Shown here: positions 62,965-64,000 of the stretch, in pieces
Position numbering within the stretch: the stretch's first letter is position 1
Layout of the letters: each line of letters begins with the position of its first letter
NCBI GenBank assembly: GCA_002269645.1
Contig: NIVC01002631.1
Location: 62,001-126,000, forward strand
DNA: 64,000 nucleotides
Source: Macrostomum lignano
Lineage: Eukaryota
Direction of reading: 5' to 3'
Translations under genes and position numbers: made by a program
Notes under the pieces: model-generated
What the model saw: the letters and a program-made list of their open reading frames with translations, nothing else
What the model was told of the DNA's origin: nothing
Database searches by the model: none

Positions 62965-63355
62965 GGGTTTTCGATTTTTCAGTCGGATACTCACTACGAC
63001 TCGCTTTCCAACTCTACTAGCCGCAGTTTTGGGGTGAGGGCCGTGAGGGGGTTATCGATTTTTTAGTCGGACCCTCACCGCGCCTCGCCTTCAACCCAAC
63101 CAGCCCCAATTTTGGGGTGAGGGGTAAGGGGTTTTCGATTTTTCAGTCGGACCCTCACCGCGCCTCGCCTTCAACCCAACCAGCCCCAATTTTGGGGTGA
63201 GGGGGTCATCGATTTTTCAGTCGGACCCTCACTGCGACCCGCCTTCCAACCCAACCAGCCCCAATTTTGGGGTGAGGGGTAAGGGGTTATCGATTTTTCA
63301 GTCGGACCCTCACCGGCGCCTCGCTTTCCCAAGCCCACTAGCCGCAATTTTTTGC
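62965..63355. repeat. About 80-bp tandem repeat (GGGGTTATCGATTTTTCAGTCGGACCCTCAC...CCCCAATTTTGGGGTGA), 5 copies
   Basis: Five diverged units, each with CGATTTTT(C)AGTCGGA. Confidence 0.9.
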
Positions 63356-64000
63356 AATTTTGTCGTGGAGCGATTTTCTACTTATCAGCTCAATCCAGCC
63401 GGTGGCTTCAGCCACTGATGCTCTTTATTGATGTATGGATTGTCTGTTACGAGTATTTGTGGCGACACTTCACTTCTGGCTAAAAAAATTGTCTTCATCA
63501 TAAAGTGCCTAACCGCCTGTTTTTGACAGCAATAATTTTTTAACTCCTAAAAACAGTACAGAATACGTAATTAATCACCCATATTCGTACATTGAACAGC
63601 TATGCGCGCTGCCTCATGGATTTTTTGCGCCAATACAATACCAACCACCCACACCAGCAGAAGCATCGAATTCCCTACAGACCAGACTTGAAAGGGCTGG
63701 AATTGCACAGCACTCTATCTATAGCTTTTCTCTCTCCTCTAGTTCCGCTTCCCCTCTTCTGTAACCTCTTAACTTCCCTGCCTGACCAGCCAGAGCGAGC
63801 CAGCTGCTATTTAACGAATTCCAGCCCCCCCCCCCTGGACGCACGCGAACATTCGAGCGTTTTTTCATAGGCCTCCCTTATCGAAGTGGAATCTTATCCT
63901 ATACAGTATTCAATAAGGAACATTTACAGGATCTTCAGATAGTTTAGCGCAGTGCAGCGAACGCAAACTATTCAAAAATGTTCAAGGACAAGCCGCTGCC

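Overview
Eukaryotic (animal) genomic DNA with spliced genes; no prokaryotic features. GC-rich, low-complexity exons and minisatellite-filled introns suggest a flatworm such as Macrostomum (inference only). From left to right: (1) a tandem cluster of C2H2 zinc-finger genes on the minus strand (two complete copies plus the start of a third), with a decayed mariner in one spacer; (2) an 8+-exon STK11IP/LIP1-like LRR gene (-); (3) an AT-rich, CpG-stripped domain holding a CpG-hypermutated LINE 3' fragment; (4) an intronless BCL11-like zinc-finger gene (-); (5) a hAT MITE and an older Gypsy-type LTR element; (6) a 14-exon supervillin gene (+) with a young, identical-LTR Gypsy element in intron 7; (7) an orphan multi-pass membrane protein gene (-), a second CpG-intact copy of the LINE fragment and a possible profilin-like gene (-). 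The most notable signals are: zinc-finger paralogues with a shared backbone but different DNA-contact residues; a LINE pair that differs almost only at CpGs, implying local methylation-driven decay; and introns each filled by their own tandem repeat, with shared cores (TGTACAC, TGTCACTCT, TGACCC) and arrays running up to splice sites. Several single-base frameshifts fall in homopolymers and are probably assembly errors. All alignments, counts and coordinates were done by eye.
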